From contig LCFP01000012.1 of NCBI GenBank assembly GCA_000999095.1, positions 4,140-68,139 of the forward strand: a stretch of DNA of 64,000 nucleotides, given 5' to 3'. The translations under genes and the position numbers were made by a program. Of the stretch, positions 27,081-38,242 are shown piece by piece; position 1 is the first letter of the stretch; each line of letters starts with the position of its first letter. The DNA comes from Candidatus Gottesmanbacteria bacterium GW2011_GWA2_43_14. Lineage in GTDB: Bacteria; Patescibacteriota; Microgenomatia; 2-02-FULL-39-11. The notes beneath the pieces are model-generated. The model ran no database searches, was not told the origin of the DNA, and saw only the letters and a program-made list of their open reading frames with translations.

Positions 27081-30000
27081 TGGATAAAAAAGGCAATTTC
27101 GGAAATATTGTTGATTTTGAAGGCTTGAAAATTACATTAGCATCTTCGTTGGATATCCTTAATTGGTCATATGGTGAAATCTCAAAACCGGAAACCATTA
27201 ATTACCGGACCCTCAAGCCGGAAAAAGACGGCCTTTTTGATGAAAGAATTTTCGGACCTACGAAAGATTGGGAATGTTATTGCGGGAAATATAAACGAAT
27301 TCGTTACCGTGGTATTATATGTGACAAATGCGGAGTTGAAGTTACCCAAAGCAAGGTCAGAAGAGAAAGAATGGGACATATTAAATTGGCCGCTCCGGTT
27401 TCCCACGTCTGGTTTTTCAAAGGTACACCTTCTAAATTATCGTTAATCATGGATATTACACCGAAAGCATTGGAAAATATAATTTACTTTGCTTCTTATT
27501 TAGTAATCGATGTCGATCGGGAAGGTCATAAAAAAGCTCAGGATGTTTTAAAGCAGGCTTTTGAGAAAAGAAAAGAAGAAAGACAGAAGATTAATAAAGA
27601 GAGAATTGAAGATATTGAAAAAGAACATTCACAGGAAAAAGATAGTGTTAAAGAACGAATCAAAAATAAAGAAACTCGTGATTTGACATTGCAGGAATTA
27701 GATTACCGTAAAAAACAGCAATTAACTATGTTGGCTGAAGAAAACGCGTCAGAAGAATCAACGGCCAAAGAAATTTTCAGTACAATTCTTGATTTGGTTA
27801 ACAGAGTAAAACCATTATCAGTTATTTCCGAAGATGAGTATCTCAAGTTGAGAGAATATAATGTCGGTTCCTTTATAAAAGTGGGCATGGGGGCAGAATG
27901 TCTATTGGAAATATTGCGCAAAATGGATTTGAATAAGACCATTATTGAATTGAGAAAAGAAGCCCAAGATACTTCCGGACAAAGAAAAATAAAAGCTACC
28001 AAGAGATTGAGAGTAATCGAAAGCCTTAAGAAAGCGGAGATAGATCCTTCCTGGATGATTTTGTCCGTTTTACCGGTAATTCCTCCGGATTTAAGACCAA
28101 TGGTTCAGCTGACCGGAGGTAAATTTGCGACATCTGATTTAAATGATTTGTATCGCCGGGTAATTAACCGCAATAACCGCCTAAAACATCTGATTGAGTT
28201 GGGAGCTCCGGAAATTATTTTGAGAAACGAAAAAAGAATGTTGCAGGAGGCAGTTGATTCACTTATTGATGCCAGTCAGAGACCTTCAGGCCGTACTTCA
28301 GCCGGACAGGCATTAAGGTCACTTTCAGACATGCTGAGAGGAAAACAGGGACGTTTCCGGCAAAATCTATTAGGCAAAAGAGTTGATTATTCCGGTAGGA
28401 GCGTCATAGTAGTCGGACCTGAACTTCAGCTTACCCAGTGCGGATTACCTAAAGAAATGGCTTTGGAATTATTTAAGCCCTTCGTCCTAAGGGAGTTAAT
28501 ACTTCGCGGTCTGGCACCAAATGTCAAAAGCGCCAAGAACATTTTGGACGGTCGTGAAGCAGAAGTATTTGATATTTTAGAAGAAATCACCCGTAATCAT
28601 CCTGTTCTGTTAAACCGGGCTCCAACTTTACACAAGTTGGGTATTCAGGCGTTTTTTCCGATCCTGATCGAAGGATCTGCTATCAGAATTCATCCTTGTG
28701 TTTGTGCAGGTTATAATGCCGATTTTGATGGCGATCAGATGGCGGTTCATGTGCCGTTGTCACAGGCAGCCCAAGACGAAGCGAAAAACCTGATGTTACC
28801 TTCAAACAATCTTTTAAAGCCGGCAGACGGTACCCCCATAACAATTCCAAACAAAGAAATGGCTTTAGGTTGTTATTACCTAACCAGTTTTTCCAAAGCA
28901 TCAGCCGATATTCCTGACTCTGAGCTGCCGATTTTCAGCGACGGTCCGCAGGCAATATTAGCTTATCAAAACGGTAAAATTGAAGTTAGGCAACCTATCA
29001 GGGTCAGAATCGAAGGCAAAATATTAAGAACCAGTGTCGGCAGGGTTTTGCTAAACGAGATTCTCCCGGTAGATTTAAGGTACTTTAATGAACCTGTCAA
29101 GGTGGGTACGATTAAAGCCCTCGTAACCAAGGCATTCGATCTTTATTCCAAAGAAGAAGTTACCCAACTGATAGATAAGTTCAAAGACCTCGGATTTTAC
29201 GGAGCCACTATTGCCGGTGGAGTGTCCGTCTCTGTTTTTGACAACATTATAATTCCTGAAAAGCAAAAGATGATACATGAAGCGGAAACAAAAGTAACGG
29301 AAGTTGAGGAGAATTACCAGCAAGGATTGATAACCAATGAGGAAAGGAAACGCCTGGAAAATGAAATCTGGATTGATATTACAGAGAGGTTGGCCGATGC
29401 CACCTGGGATGCCATGACTGTAGATAATCCTGTCAAAATTATCATCAATTCCGGAGGAGCACGTGCTTCCAAGGACCAGTTAAAACAACTGTCAGCGGTT
29501 AAAGGCCTAGTCGTTGATCCATTGGGTAAAATCGTTGAATTACCCACAAAATCCAATTACCGGGAGGGCTTATCCATTTTTGAATACGTGACGTCAACCA
29601 GAGGTTCTAGGAAGGGATTGACAGATTCTGCCTTAAAAACGGCTGATGCGGGATATTTAACCAGAAGACTGATTGATGTGGCGCATGATGCCATTATCAG
29701 AAGCGAAGATTGCGGCACAAGCAATGGTTTAAGGTTCGACAGGAGTGATAAAAGACAGGCTTCTCTGGAATTGAGAGTTATGAGCAGGGTTTTAGCCGAA
29801 GATGTTCATGCTCCAAAACAGAAGAAAGCTATCATGAAAAAAGGCGAGCTGATAACTGAAGACAAAATGCCACTTTTGAAAGATGTGGAGACGGTTATCG
29901 TAAGATCACCGCTCACCTGTCAATTAAAATACGGTTTATGCGCCCAATGTTACGGTATAGATTTATCCAGCAAGAAATTTGTGGAATTGGGGACTCCGGT

Positions 30001-30799
30001 GGGAATATTGGCTGCCCAGTCAATCGGGGAACCGGGTACGCAATTGACAATGAGAGTCAGGCATGCTGGTGGAATTGTCGGTTTGGACGTTACCCAAGGT
30101 TTACCAAGAGTTGAGGAGTTGTTTGAGGCCAGAACGCCCAAAATTTCATCTCCATTGGCTGAAATTTCCGGTAAAGTGACAGTCGAAGAATTAGATGAAG
30201 GCTACCAAATTACCATTAAAAGTGTCGGTATTAAACCGATTGAACAAAGAACTTATTCTGTATTAAAGACCAGTGAACTTAAAGTCAAAACAGGCGACCT
30301 GATTTCTGCAGGAGAAGCTTTAACATCAGGTCCTTTGGATATAAAACAAGTATTGCAGATAAGGGATCTTTTGGAAACGCAAAATTACCTGCTGTCTGAA
30401 GTTCAAAAAGTTTATGAATCTCAGGGAATTCCTATTCATGATAAGCATTTTGAAGTGATTATCAGAAAAATGAGCGACAAGGTTAGAATCGAAAGTTCGG
30501 GTGACACCATTCTGCTGCCGGGAGAAATGGTGGATAAGTCAGCTTTTGAGGAGGAAAATGCCCGGATCCTGGCCAGTGGTGGAGAACCGTCAACTGCACA
30601 AGTTGTTATCTTGGGTATTACCAGAGCTTCACTATATACAGAGTCATGGCTTTCCAGCGCTTCATTTCAGGAAACTACTTCGGTTTTGACTGATGCAGCC
30701 TTAGCCGGTAAAGTCGACCGTTTGTTGGGACTAAAAGAAAATGTTATAATCGGCCGTCTTATTCCGGTATCAGAAGACCGGGCCAGAATCGGAGTTTAA
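27080..30799 (+). CDS. rpoC: RNA polymerase beta' subunit
   Basis: Zn-finger CxxC..CxxC, the NADFDGDQMAVH catalytic motif, and a trigger loop. Confidence 0.95.
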   Translation: MDKKGNFGNIVDFEGLKITLASSLDILNWSYGEISKPETINYRTLKPEKDGLFDERIFGPTKDWECYCGKYKRIRYRGIICDKCGVEVTQSKVRRERMGHIKLAAPVSHVWFFKGTPSKLSLIMDITPKALENIIYFASYLVIDVDREGHKKAQDVLKQAFEKRKEERQKINKERIEDIEKEHSQEKDSVKERIKNKETRDLTLQELDYRKKQQLTMLAEENASEESTAKEIFSTILDLVNRVKPLSVISEDEYLKLREYNVGSFIKVGMGAECLLEILRKMDLNKTIIELRKEAQDTSGQRKIKATKRLRVIESLKKAEIDPSWMILSVLPVIPPDLRPMVQLTGGKFATSDLNDLYRRVINRNNRLKHLIELGAPEIILRNEKRMLQEAVDSLIDASQRPSGRTSAGQALRSLSDMLRGKQGRFRQNLLGKRVDYSGRSVIVVGPELQLTQCGLPKEMALELFKPFVLRELILRGLAPNVKSAKNILDGREAEVFDILEEITRNHPVLLNRAPTLHKLGIQAFFPILIEGSAIRIHPCVCAGYNADFDGDQMAVHVPLSQAAQDEAKNLMLPSNNLLKPADGTPITIPNKEMALGCYYLTSFSKASADIPDSELPIFSDGPQAILAYQNGKIEVRQPIRVRIEGKILRTSVGRVLLNEILPVDLRYFNEPVKVGTIKALVTKAFDLYSKEEVTQLIDKFKDLGFYGATIAGGVSVSVFDNIIIPEKQKMIHEAETKVTEVEENYQQGLITNEERKRLENEIWIDITERLADATWDAMTVDNPVKIIINSGGARASKDQLKQLSAVKGLVVDPLGKIVELPTKSNYREGLSIFEYVTSTRGSRKGLTDSALKTADAGYLTRRLIDVAHDAIIRSEDCGTSNGLRFDRSDKRQASLELRVMSRVLAEDVHAPKQKKAIMKKGELITEDKMPLLKDVETVIVRSPLTCQLKYGLCAQCYGIDLSSKKFVELGTPVGILAAQSIGEPGTQLTMRVRHAGGIVGLDVTQGLPRVEELFEARTPKISSPLAEISGKVTVEELDEGYQITIKSVGIKPIEQRTYSVLKTSELKVKTGDLISAGEALTSGPLDIKQVLQIRDLLETQNYLLSEVQKVYESQGIPIHDKHFEVIIRKMSDKVRIESSGDTILLPGEMVDKSAFEEENARILASGGEPSTAQVVILGITRASLYTESWLSSASFQETTSVLTDAALAGKVDRLLGLKENVIIGRLIPVSEDRARIGV

Positions 30800-30802
30800 T
30801 TT

Positions 30803-31258
30803 ATGCCGACAATAAATCAATTAGTTAAAAAAGGCAGGAGGAGATCCGCCAAAAAAGTCAAAGCTACAGCTTTGAGAAAATATTTTAATGCCAAAGACCG
30901 TGAGATGAAGCAAATTGCTGCTCCCTTTAAACGCGGAGTGGTCACACTTGTTAAAACCATGACTCCGAAAAAACCCAATTCCGCATTGAGAAAAGTAGCC
31001 AGGGTCAGACTATCCAATAAACAGGAAGTAACGGCATATATTCCCGGTATCGGACACGAGCTTTCCGAGCATGCCATTGTTCTTGTCAGAGGGGGACGTG
31101 TAAAGGATTTACCGGGTGTAAAATATCATATTGTCCGGGGAAAATTCGACACTTCAGGCGTCAACGGACGCCGTCAGGGAAGATCAAAATACGGAACTAA
31201 AAAAGGAGAAGTTGCAGGTTCAGCTCCCATGCCTTCCGCCCCAACACCGGCCGCTTAA
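30803..31258 (+). CDS. rpsL: Ribosomal protein S12 (with an insertion and a C-terminal extension)
   Basis: [42 protein letters not shown]. Confidence 0.9.
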   Translation: MPTINQLVKKGRRRSAKKVKATALRKYFNAKDREMKQIAAPFKRGVVTLVKTMTPKKPNSALRKVARVRLSNKQEVTAYIPGIGHELSEHAIVLVRGGRVKDLPGVKYHIVRGKFDTSGVNGRRQGRSKYGTKKGEVAGSAPMPSAPTPAA

Positions 31259-31280
31259 ATAAGTTTTTAAAAAATACTAT

Positions 31281-31757
31281 ATGTCCAGAACAGGAAAAAT
31301 AAAAAAAAGAACAATCGAAAACGACCCTCTGCATAACAACAAGCTGTTGGCAAGATTTATAAACCGGGTGATGCATAGCGGTAAAAAAAGCGTTGCCCAG
31401 AAAACGGTTTATGGGGCATTGGAAATAATCCAGGAAAAAAATATGGATCCTCTAAATGTTTTTCAGACAGCCTTAAGTAATGTTTCTCCCAGGATGGAGG
31501 TCAAGCCTAGAAGAGTCGGCGGGGCTTCATACCAGGTTCCTACTGAAGTTCGGGGAGAGAGAAGGGTAGCTCTTTCCATCCGTTGGCTTATTGAAGCTGC
31601 CCGGAAAAGATCCAGCAAGGAATACCATACATTCTCGGAAAAACTAGCAGCAGAACTGATAGATGCATTCAATAATGCTGGAGAAGCAGTCCGGAAACGT
31701 GATATAATGCATAGAAATGCAGAGGCCAATAAAGCCTTTGCTCATTTCCGTTGGTAA
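31281..31757 (+). CDS. rpsG: Ribosomal protein S7
   Basis: 158 aa. S7 family. Confidence 0.9.
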   Translation: MSRTGKIKKRTIENDPLHNNKLLARFINRVMHSGKKSVAQKTVYGALEIIQEKNMDPLNVFQTALSNVSPRMEVKPRRVGGASYQVPTEVRGERRVALSIRWLIEAARKRSSKEYHTFSEKLAAELIDAFNNAGEAVRKRDIMHRNAEANKAFAHFRW

Positions 31758-31842
31758 GGCAGAAACCCAATTATCCGTTGCCTGATTTTCAGGAATAACA
31801 GATGGGTCAGGAGATAAGCGGAACCGTTGGGTTTTTTTATTT

Positions 31843-33842
31843 ATGGCACAAAATGTAACCGTCACCAAAAACAGGAACGTACCTTTGGCCAGGTTGAGGA
31901 ATATCGGCATTATTGCCCATATTGATGCCGGTAAAACCACGACCACCGAAAGGATACTTTATTATACCGGTAAATCCTACAAGATCGGTGACATTGATGA
32001 GGGTACAACCCAGATGGACTGGATGCCTCAGGAGAAAGAAAGAGGCATAACTATCACCGTTTGGATGCGGAAGAAGGCGTCCAGTCCCAATCAGAGACTG
32101 TCTGGCATCAGGCGGATAAATACAAAGTTCCCCGGATATGTTTTATTAACAAGATGGATAAACTGGGTGCTGACTTTCTGAGAACTGTGCAAATGATTAA
32201 AGACCGCCTGGGAGCCAATCCGGCCATCATGAATTTACCGATAGGCAAAGAACATGAATACATAGGCGTTGTCGATCTTTTAACCAGAAAAAGCATGATT
32301 TGGGGAACCGATGTGCTCGGAGCGAAATATGATCTGTCAGACGAGATTCCGGCCGGTATGAAAGATGAAGTGGAAAAATACCGCCACAAACTGATCGAAC
32401 AGATTTGTGAGCAGGATGATGCCCTTTTGGAAAAATACCTGGGCGGAAATGAACCGTCTCTGGAAGAATTAAAGAAAGTATTGAGGAAGACTACCATCGC
32501 CTATAAACTGGTGCCGATTTATGCCGGTTCATCATTAAGAAATAAGGGAGTTCAGCCTCTTTTGGATGCTATTGTCGATTACCTCCCGTCGCCTTTGGAA
32601 GTATCAGGCATCAAAGGCATTAATCCCAAGACAAACCAGGAGGAATTGAGAAAAACTGATTCTAACGAGCCGTTTTCGGCTCTGGCCTTCAAAATCCAAT
32701 TGGATCCGCATGTAGGTAAATTGACTTACATCCGGATTTATTCAGGTAAATTGACCTCCGGTTCATATGCCTGGAATGCCTCTAAAGACAAGCAGGAAAG
32801 GGTCGGCCGCCTGCTTTTAATGCATGCCAATAACCGTGAAGAAATACAGGAAGCTTATGCCGGAGAGATAGTAGCGGTTGTGGGTTTGAAGGAAACGGGT
32901 ACAGGTGATACTTTAAGCCAACAGACAAGGCCAATTATTTTGGAGAAGATTACTTTTCCGGATCCTGTTATTTCTCTGGCCATTGAACCGAAAACCAAGG
33001 CTGACCAGGAAAAAATGGGACAAGCCCTGCAAAGACTTGCCGAAGAAGACCCGACTTTTATAGTTAAATCAAATTTGGAAACAGGACAAACTATCATCTG
33101 GGGCATGGGTGAACTTCATCTGGAAGTTCTGGTCGACAGAATGAAAAGGGAATTCAAAGTCGATGCTAATGTCGGAGCGCCACAGGTTGCTTATAAAGAA
33201 ACGATCAAAGGTAAAGCCGAAGGGGAGGGAAAATATATACGTCAGACAGGTGGCCGGGGACAATACGGTCATTGTTTCCTTAGAGTTGAACCAAAAGCCA
33301 GAGGTGAAGGTTACGAATTTGTTGACGCCATCAAAGGCGCGGCAATACCCAATGAATTTATTCCTTCAGTGCAAAAAGGAGTCAAAGAAGCATTGGATAA
33401 GGGCATTCTAGCCGGATACCCGGTAGTTGATATGAAAGTCACCCTTTATGACGGCACATACCATGATGTGGATTCATCAGATATCGCCTTTAAAATTGCC
33501 GGCAGTATAGCTTTGCAGAGTGCAGCCAAACAGGCCGGTTTAATCCTTCTGGAACCGATCATGAAGGTCGAAGTGACGACTCCTGATGAATTTATGGGTA
33601 CGGTCATCGGAGATATATCGAGTAAAAGAGCTCAAATCCTGGGAACGGAAAAACGCGGTACTGTTTCCATTATTATCGCATTGGTACCTTTAGCGGAACT
33701 TTCAGGATATGCGACAACCTTAAGGTCTGTTTCCCAAGGCCGGGCAACTTACTATATGGAGCCTTCACATTACGAGGAAGTTCCTAAAAACATTACTGAA
33801 AAAATCGTTTCCTCAGTTTCCCATCCGTCTACCCGGGGTTAA
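31843..33842 (+). CDS. fusA: Elongation factor G with an apparent internal deletion and frameshift at about 32052-32066. The G3/DTPGH segment is missing.
   Basis: ORF 31843..32181 encodes the G1/G2 region up to ERGITIT. ORF 32061..33842 resumes at (V)[26 protein letters not shown] in another frame. About 35-40 codons are absent between them. Confidence 0.85.
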
Positions 33843-33854
33843 ACTTCCGTCTTC

Positions 33855-34772
33855 TTACTTCTGAAGTTCTTTTTTCCTGAAGAAAAAGCGCAGGATCAAG
33901 ATCGCGGGGATGATGATGACTGAGTAGACAAAAGCCCAGATAGCCAGAGTGCCTACTTTTCTCAGGTTGGCAATTAATGATCTGACCGCTGTTTTAAAGA
34001 TGACGTCCGGCCTCCAGGTTTCAGAGGGTGCGTATGGCAATGAGAATTCATCGGTTGATAAATTTATGGTGATTCGGGCAAGTTGGGCGTTTTTCTCAAG
34101 GTAATTTTGCCGACCCTTGTAGGAATCGATCTGGTTTTCCAAATTAATCAGTTCCTGCTGAACCCTGAGGATATCGGAGATTTCCACAGCAGATTCAAAA
34201 ATAGCCTCGAATTTAGCTTTAGTACGGTTTAATGTAACCAGTTTGGCGTCAATATCCTCATATTCATCGGTGACGTCATTGCCGTATAAATTTTCCCAGA
34301 CAACTTTAACCGCCAGACCCCTTAAAGAATTTAAGGTTGCATCCAATTGGGAAGCCGGTACTCTGACTGTCAGGGAAGCATAAGGTGCATCTTCAGGAGA
34401 TGAAAGGCTGCTGTTGACCATATAGCCGCCGGCCGCCTTGACCTGGCTTAAAATATCATCCAGGGCTGTCCGCACGTTTTTTACCTGCAGGGAAATATCG
34501 GAATTCTGGATGACAAGTCTGTCTTGTGCGTTATTAGTCGGAGCATAATCCGCTGAAGAAGGAATTATGCTTTTGCCTAAGCCCCGGGAACCAAGTCCCA
34601 TCTCCGGTGCGGCCATATCGAAGCTTTCGGTCATACCCAAATTCGGTTGATAGCTTTTTCTGAGGTTAACTGAAAAGAGACCGGAATTATTTTTCAGAAG
34701 GAAATATAAAACGGCTACAGCCAAAAGTGCCGTCAGTCTGTTGTTTTTTATCCAGGAAAAAACAGCCTTCAT
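33855..34772 (-). CDS. DUF4349-like membrane protein (N- and C-terminal TM helices, coiled-coil core)
   Basis: 305 aa on the opposite strand, inserted between fusA and tuf. Confidence 0.4.
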   Translation of the reverse strand: MKAVFSWIKNNRLTALLAVAVLYFLLKNNSGLFSVNLRKSYQPNLGMTESFDMAAPEMGLGSRGLGKSIIPSSADYAPTNNAQDRLVIQNSDISLQVKNVRTALDDILSQVKAAGGYMVNSSLSSPEDAPYASLTVRVPASQLDATLNSLRGLAVKVVWENLYGNDVTDEYEDIDAKLVTLNRTKAKFEAIFESAVEISDILRVQQELINLENQIDSYKGRQNYLEKNAQLARITINLSTDEFSLPYAPSETWRPDVIFKTAVRSLIANLRKVGTLAIWAFVYSVIIIPAILILRFFFRKKELQK

Positions 34773-34815
34773 AATTCCATATTAGGTAAAGATTGAGTGC
34801 CTGTCAACCTCCTCT

Positions 34816-34851
34816 TGCGCCTGCCTCAACTGATGTTGTATAATCCTTTTT
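34816..34851 (+). promoter_or_regulatory. Candidate tuf promoter with an extended -10 (TGtTATAAT)
   Basis: cttgcgcctgcctcaactgatgtTGtTATAATcc, about 55 nt upstream of tuf. Confidence 0.3.
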
Positions 34852-34901
34852 ACCCAAAATTAATTGGGAGTCTTTTTTATTTATCATTGAAAGGAGTTCT
34901 C

Positions 34902-36086
34902 ATGGCACAAGGCGTATTTCAGAGAAATAAAACACATTTAAACATCGGCACCATCGGCCACGTCGATCACGGGAAAACTACATTGACATCAGCTATCACT
35001 CACGTTTTGGCTTCAAAAGGACTGGCTAAAGCTTTAAAGTACGAAGAAATAGATAACGCTCCTGAAGAAAAAGCCCGCGGCGTCACCATCAACATCCATC
35101 ATTCGGAATATGAAACTGAAAAACGGCATTATGCACATATTGATGCTCCGGGACATGCCGATTACATTAAAAACATGATAACGGGCGCCGCCCAGATGGA
35201 TGGAGCCATTTTAGTGGTTTCAGCTCCGGACGGACCAATGCCTCAGACACGCGAGCATATTCTTTTGGCCAATCAGGTAAACGTACCGGCTATTATCGTT
35301 TTTATGAATAAAACAGACATGGTTCAGGATAAGGAACTGTTGGATTTGGTAGAAATGGAAGTCAGGGAACTGTTAACCAAATATAAATTCCCTGGTGATA
35401 AAGTTCCGGTTATCCGGGGCAGCGCTCTAAAGGCTCTTCAGGGTGATGCGGAAGCAATAAAGTCCATAGAGGAATTGATGAAAACCGTGGACGAGTATAT
35501 ACCGGAACCGGTCAGGGATCTGCAAAAACCGTTCCTGATGCCTATTGAGGATGTTTTTTCCATAAAAGGCCGCGGTACTGTAGTAACCGGCAGAGTTGAA
35601 AGGGGCAAGATCAATGTCAATGAAGAAGTGGATATTGTCGGCGTCAAAGCGACTCAGAAGACTGTTATAACCGGAGTCGAAATGTTCAGAAAGACACTTA
35701 ATGAAGCCCAGGCCGGAGACAATGTCGGTCTATTATTGAGAGGTATCGAAAAACATCAGGTCGAAAGGGGCCAGGTTGTAGTCAAGCCGGGATCTGTTAC
35801 ACCGCATACGGAATTCGAAGCGGAAATTTACATTCTGACCAAGGAAGAAGGCGGCCGCCATACACCATTTTTTACAGGATACCGGCCCCAATTTTATATC
35901 AGGACAACCGATGTGACCGGTGAGGTGACCCTGCCGAAAGGCATAGAGATGGTCATGCCGGGTGACAGTACCAAGATGACAGCCAAACTGATTGTACCGG
36001 TAGCTCTGGAAGAAGGCCAGAGGTTTGCTATCCGTGAAGGAGGGCATACCGTCGGTGCCGGTGTCATCACAAAGATCATAAAGTAA
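34902..36086 (+). CDS. tuf: Elongation factor Tu
   Basis: [41 protein letters not shown]. An AAGGAG ribosome-binding site lies 6 nt upstream. Confidence 0.95.
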   Translation: MAQGVFQRNKTHLNIGTIGHVDHGKTTLTSAITHVLASKGLAKALKYEEIDNAPEEKARGVTINIHHSEYETEKRHYAHIDAPGHADYIKNMITGAAQMDGAILVVSAPDGPMPQTREHILLANQVNVPAIIVFMNKTDMVQDKELLDLVEMEVRELLTKYKFPGDKVPVIRGSALKALQGDAEAIKSIEELMKTVDEYIPEPVRDLQKPFLMPIEDVFSIKGRGTVVTGRVERGKINVNEEVDIVGVKATQKTVITGVEMFRKTLNEAQAGDNVGLLLRGIEKHQVERGQVVVKPGSVTPHTEFEAEIYILTKEEGGRHTPFFTGYRPQFYIRTTDVTGEVTLPKGIEMVMPGDSTKMTAKLIVPVALEEGQRFAIREGGHTVGAGVITKIIK

Positions 36087-36102
36087 CTTGAAAACCAAAT
36101 AA

Positions 36103-36411
36103 ATGCCGAAAGGGAGAATTCGCGTCCGATTAAAAGCCTACGATGGCAGGATCATTGATGATTCCTGTCAGAAGATACTGGACACTGCAATCAGGACCGG
36201 CGCCAAGGTAGTCGGTCCTATTCCGCTGCCTACTGATAAAGGGCATTATTCTGTACAAAGGTCTCCCTTCACTGATAAAGATTCGCGTGAGGATTTTATG
36301 ATAAAGATTCATAAAAGGCTGATCGATATTATTGAACCGACGGATAAAACCATTGACTCGCTGATGCATTTGGAATTGCCTGCAGGTGTGGACATTGCTA
36401 TCAAAATGTAA
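36103..36411 (+). CDS. rpsJ: Ribosomal protein S10
   Basis: 102 aa. S10 family. Confidence 0.9.
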   Translation: MPKGRIRVRLKAYDGRIIDDSCQKILDTAIRTGAKVVGPIPLPTDKGHYSVQRSPFTDKDSREDFMIKIHKRLIDIIEPTDKTIDSLMHLELPAGVDIAIKM

Positions 36412-36497
36412 GGTATAGGGTTATTTTATTTTTTTACTTGTGCAACTAAAAAAGCAACATCAGTAAGTTTTTAGTTTGACGGATTTTTTGGGAATTT

Positions 36498-36531
36498 TAT
36501 AAAGCCCCGAGATTCCGGGGCTAATTTTTTT
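36498..36531 (+). promoter_or_regulatory. Hairpin (GCCCCGaGATTCCGGGGC) plus T7 immediately before the rplC start codon
   Basis: An unusually long 120-nt spacer separates S10 and L3. The T-run overlaps the ATG. Confidence 0.3.
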
Positions 36532-37176
36532 ATGTTTAAAGCAATATTGGGTTCAAAAATAAACCAATCACAATTATTTGATAAGGAAGGCAACCGGCTG
36601 GCCGTAACTCACATAACGGCAGGCCCCTGTCAGGTTGTTTCGGTTAAAACCGAAGAGACAGACGGCTATCGGGCGGTGGTCATCGGATTCGGCACTAAAA
36701 GAATCAAATTACTCACCAAAGCCCAAATGGGTAATTTCAAGAAAGCGGGGTTGGACAAAATACCTCCCCGCTTTTTAACAGAGATTGAAACCGGCAGGGA
36801 ATTGACCGGCGAAGCCAAACCAGGACAAAGTTACAATGTCGCCGACGTATTTAAAGAGGGGGATACCGTTCAGGTGACGGGAACTTCCAAAGGAAAAGGT
36901 TTTGCCGGTGTTGTTAAACGCCATGGTTTTGCCGGAGGTCCCAGGACCCATGGCCAGTCTGACAGGGAAAGGGCTCCCGGTTCAATAGGTCAAACAACGA
37001 CCCCTGGCCGTGTTTACAAAGGTAAACGCATGGCCGGCAGAATGGGAACTGACAGGGTTACCATTAAAAATTTGAAAGTAGTTAAAATTGATGCTGAAAA
37101 AAACATTTTGACCGTGGGCGGTTTGGTACCCGGGGGCAGGAATTCACTGCTTCTGATCAGAAAAACCGGAGATTGA
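36532..37176 (+). CDS. rplC: Ribosomal protein L3
   Basis: L3 family. Confidence 0.9.
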   Translation: MFKAILGSKINQSQLFDKEGNRLAVTHITAGPCQVVSVKTEETDGYRAVVIGFGTKRIKLLTKAQMGNFKKAGLDKIPPRFLTEIETGRELTGEAKPGQSYNVADVFKEGDTVQVTGTSKGKGFAGVVKRHGFAGGPRTHGQSDRERAPGSIGQTTTPGRVYKGKRMAGRMGTDRVTIKNLKVVKIDAEKNILTVGGLVPGGRNSLLLIRKTGD

Positions 37177-37946
37177 CGATTATGCCAAGCAAAAAAATTG
37201 TTAAGACTGATACAAAGGCAAAATCCAAGACTGAAGCATTATTGGAAACTGCCTTATATAACCATGAAGGTAAGGCTTCCGGTAAAATTTCCCTGCCAAA
37301 GGAAGTTTTTGACAGGGAAGCTAAACCGGAATTGCTGAATATGGCAGTCAGGATTTATCTGGCAAATCAAAGATCCGGTACCCACAAAGCAAAAACACGC
37401 GGCATGGTCACTGGATCCACCAGGAAATTGTTCCGCCAAAAAGGAACGGGACGCGCCAGACACGGCGACATCAAAGCCCCGATTTTTATCGGCGGAGGAG
37501 TCGCCCACGGACCTCTGCCCAGGGATTACCGTTTGGCTTTTCCGAAAAAAATGAAAAGACTTGCTCTTTACGGAGCATTGACTGCCAAATATCGCGAGAA
37601 TAGCCTTAAAGTAGTTGCCAAAATGGAAGAACTGCAGCCCAAAACCCGGGATCTTTTCAGGGTATTAAAAAATCTCGATTTGGAGCCTGATAAAAAAAAT
37701 GAGAAAATGACAACTCTTTTGATCACTGATGGAAAAGCAGATAATCTGGTCAAAGCCGGCAGAAATTTGGCTAACGTAAAAGTCTCTCCCGTCAACCAGT
37801 TGTCAGCTTATGAAGTATTGGTAAACCGGAAACTGGTCATGACCCAAAAAGCGGTAAAGATGCTCACCTCGGATGATGAAGCACCTGCAAAAACAGAAGC
37901 AAAAAAAACGGTTAAAAAAAGTCCGAAAAAAATCTCTAAATCATGA
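37173..37946 (+). CDS. rplD: Ribosomal protein L4 (with a Lys/Ala-rich C-terminal tail)
   Basis: L4 family. Confidence 0.9.
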   Translation: MTIMPSKKIVKTDTKAKSKTEALLETALYNHEGKASGKISLPKEVFDREAKPELLNMAVRIYLANQRSGTHKAKTRGMVTGSTRKLFRQKGTGRARHGDIKAPIFIGGGVAHGPLPRDYRLAFPKKMKRLALYGALTAKYRENSLKVVAKMEELQPKTRDLFRVLKNLDLEPDKKNEKMTTLLITDGKADNLVKAGRNLANVKVSPVNQLSAYEVLVNRKLVMTQKAVKMLTSDDEAPAKTEAKKTVKKSPKKISKS

Positions 37947-38242
37947 AAAACAGTGTTATCGTAGTCAGGCCGATTATCAGTGAAAGGTCGCTTTCCGACG
38001 CTCAAAAAGGTGTCTTTACTTTCGAAGTAGTAAAAAATGCAACCAAAGGTAAAGCAGCTTCCGAGATTAGCAGACTGTTTAACGTTAAAGTTACCGGCAT
38101 CACCTCTCAAATAGTTAAAGGCAAGACCAGATTCGCCGGCCGCAAAAGGATTAAAGTCAGACAACCGGATATTAAGAAAGTTAGGGTAACATTAACAAAA
38201 GGTCAAACAATTACTTTATTTGAGGTAGGTCAGACAGCATGA
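37943..38242 (+). CDS. rplW: Ribosomal protein L23
   Basis: L23 family. Confidence 0.9.
   Translation: MKNSVIVVRPIISERSLSDAQKGVFTFEVVKNATKGKAASEISRLFNVKVTGITSQIVKGKTRFAGRKRIKVRQPDIKKVRVTLTKGQTITLFEVGQTA

Noticed and set aside
23927-30141. Numerous antisense ORFs inside rpoB and rpoC (for example 23927..24394, 24993..25415, 27703..28002)
   Set aside because: Embedded in highly conserved coding sequence on the opposite strand. Typical spurious ORFs.
31780-31845. T-run (GGGUUUUUUUA) immediately before the fusA start as a terminator
   Set aside because: No convincing GC-rich hairpin immediately precedes it. More likely an AU-rich translation-initiation region.
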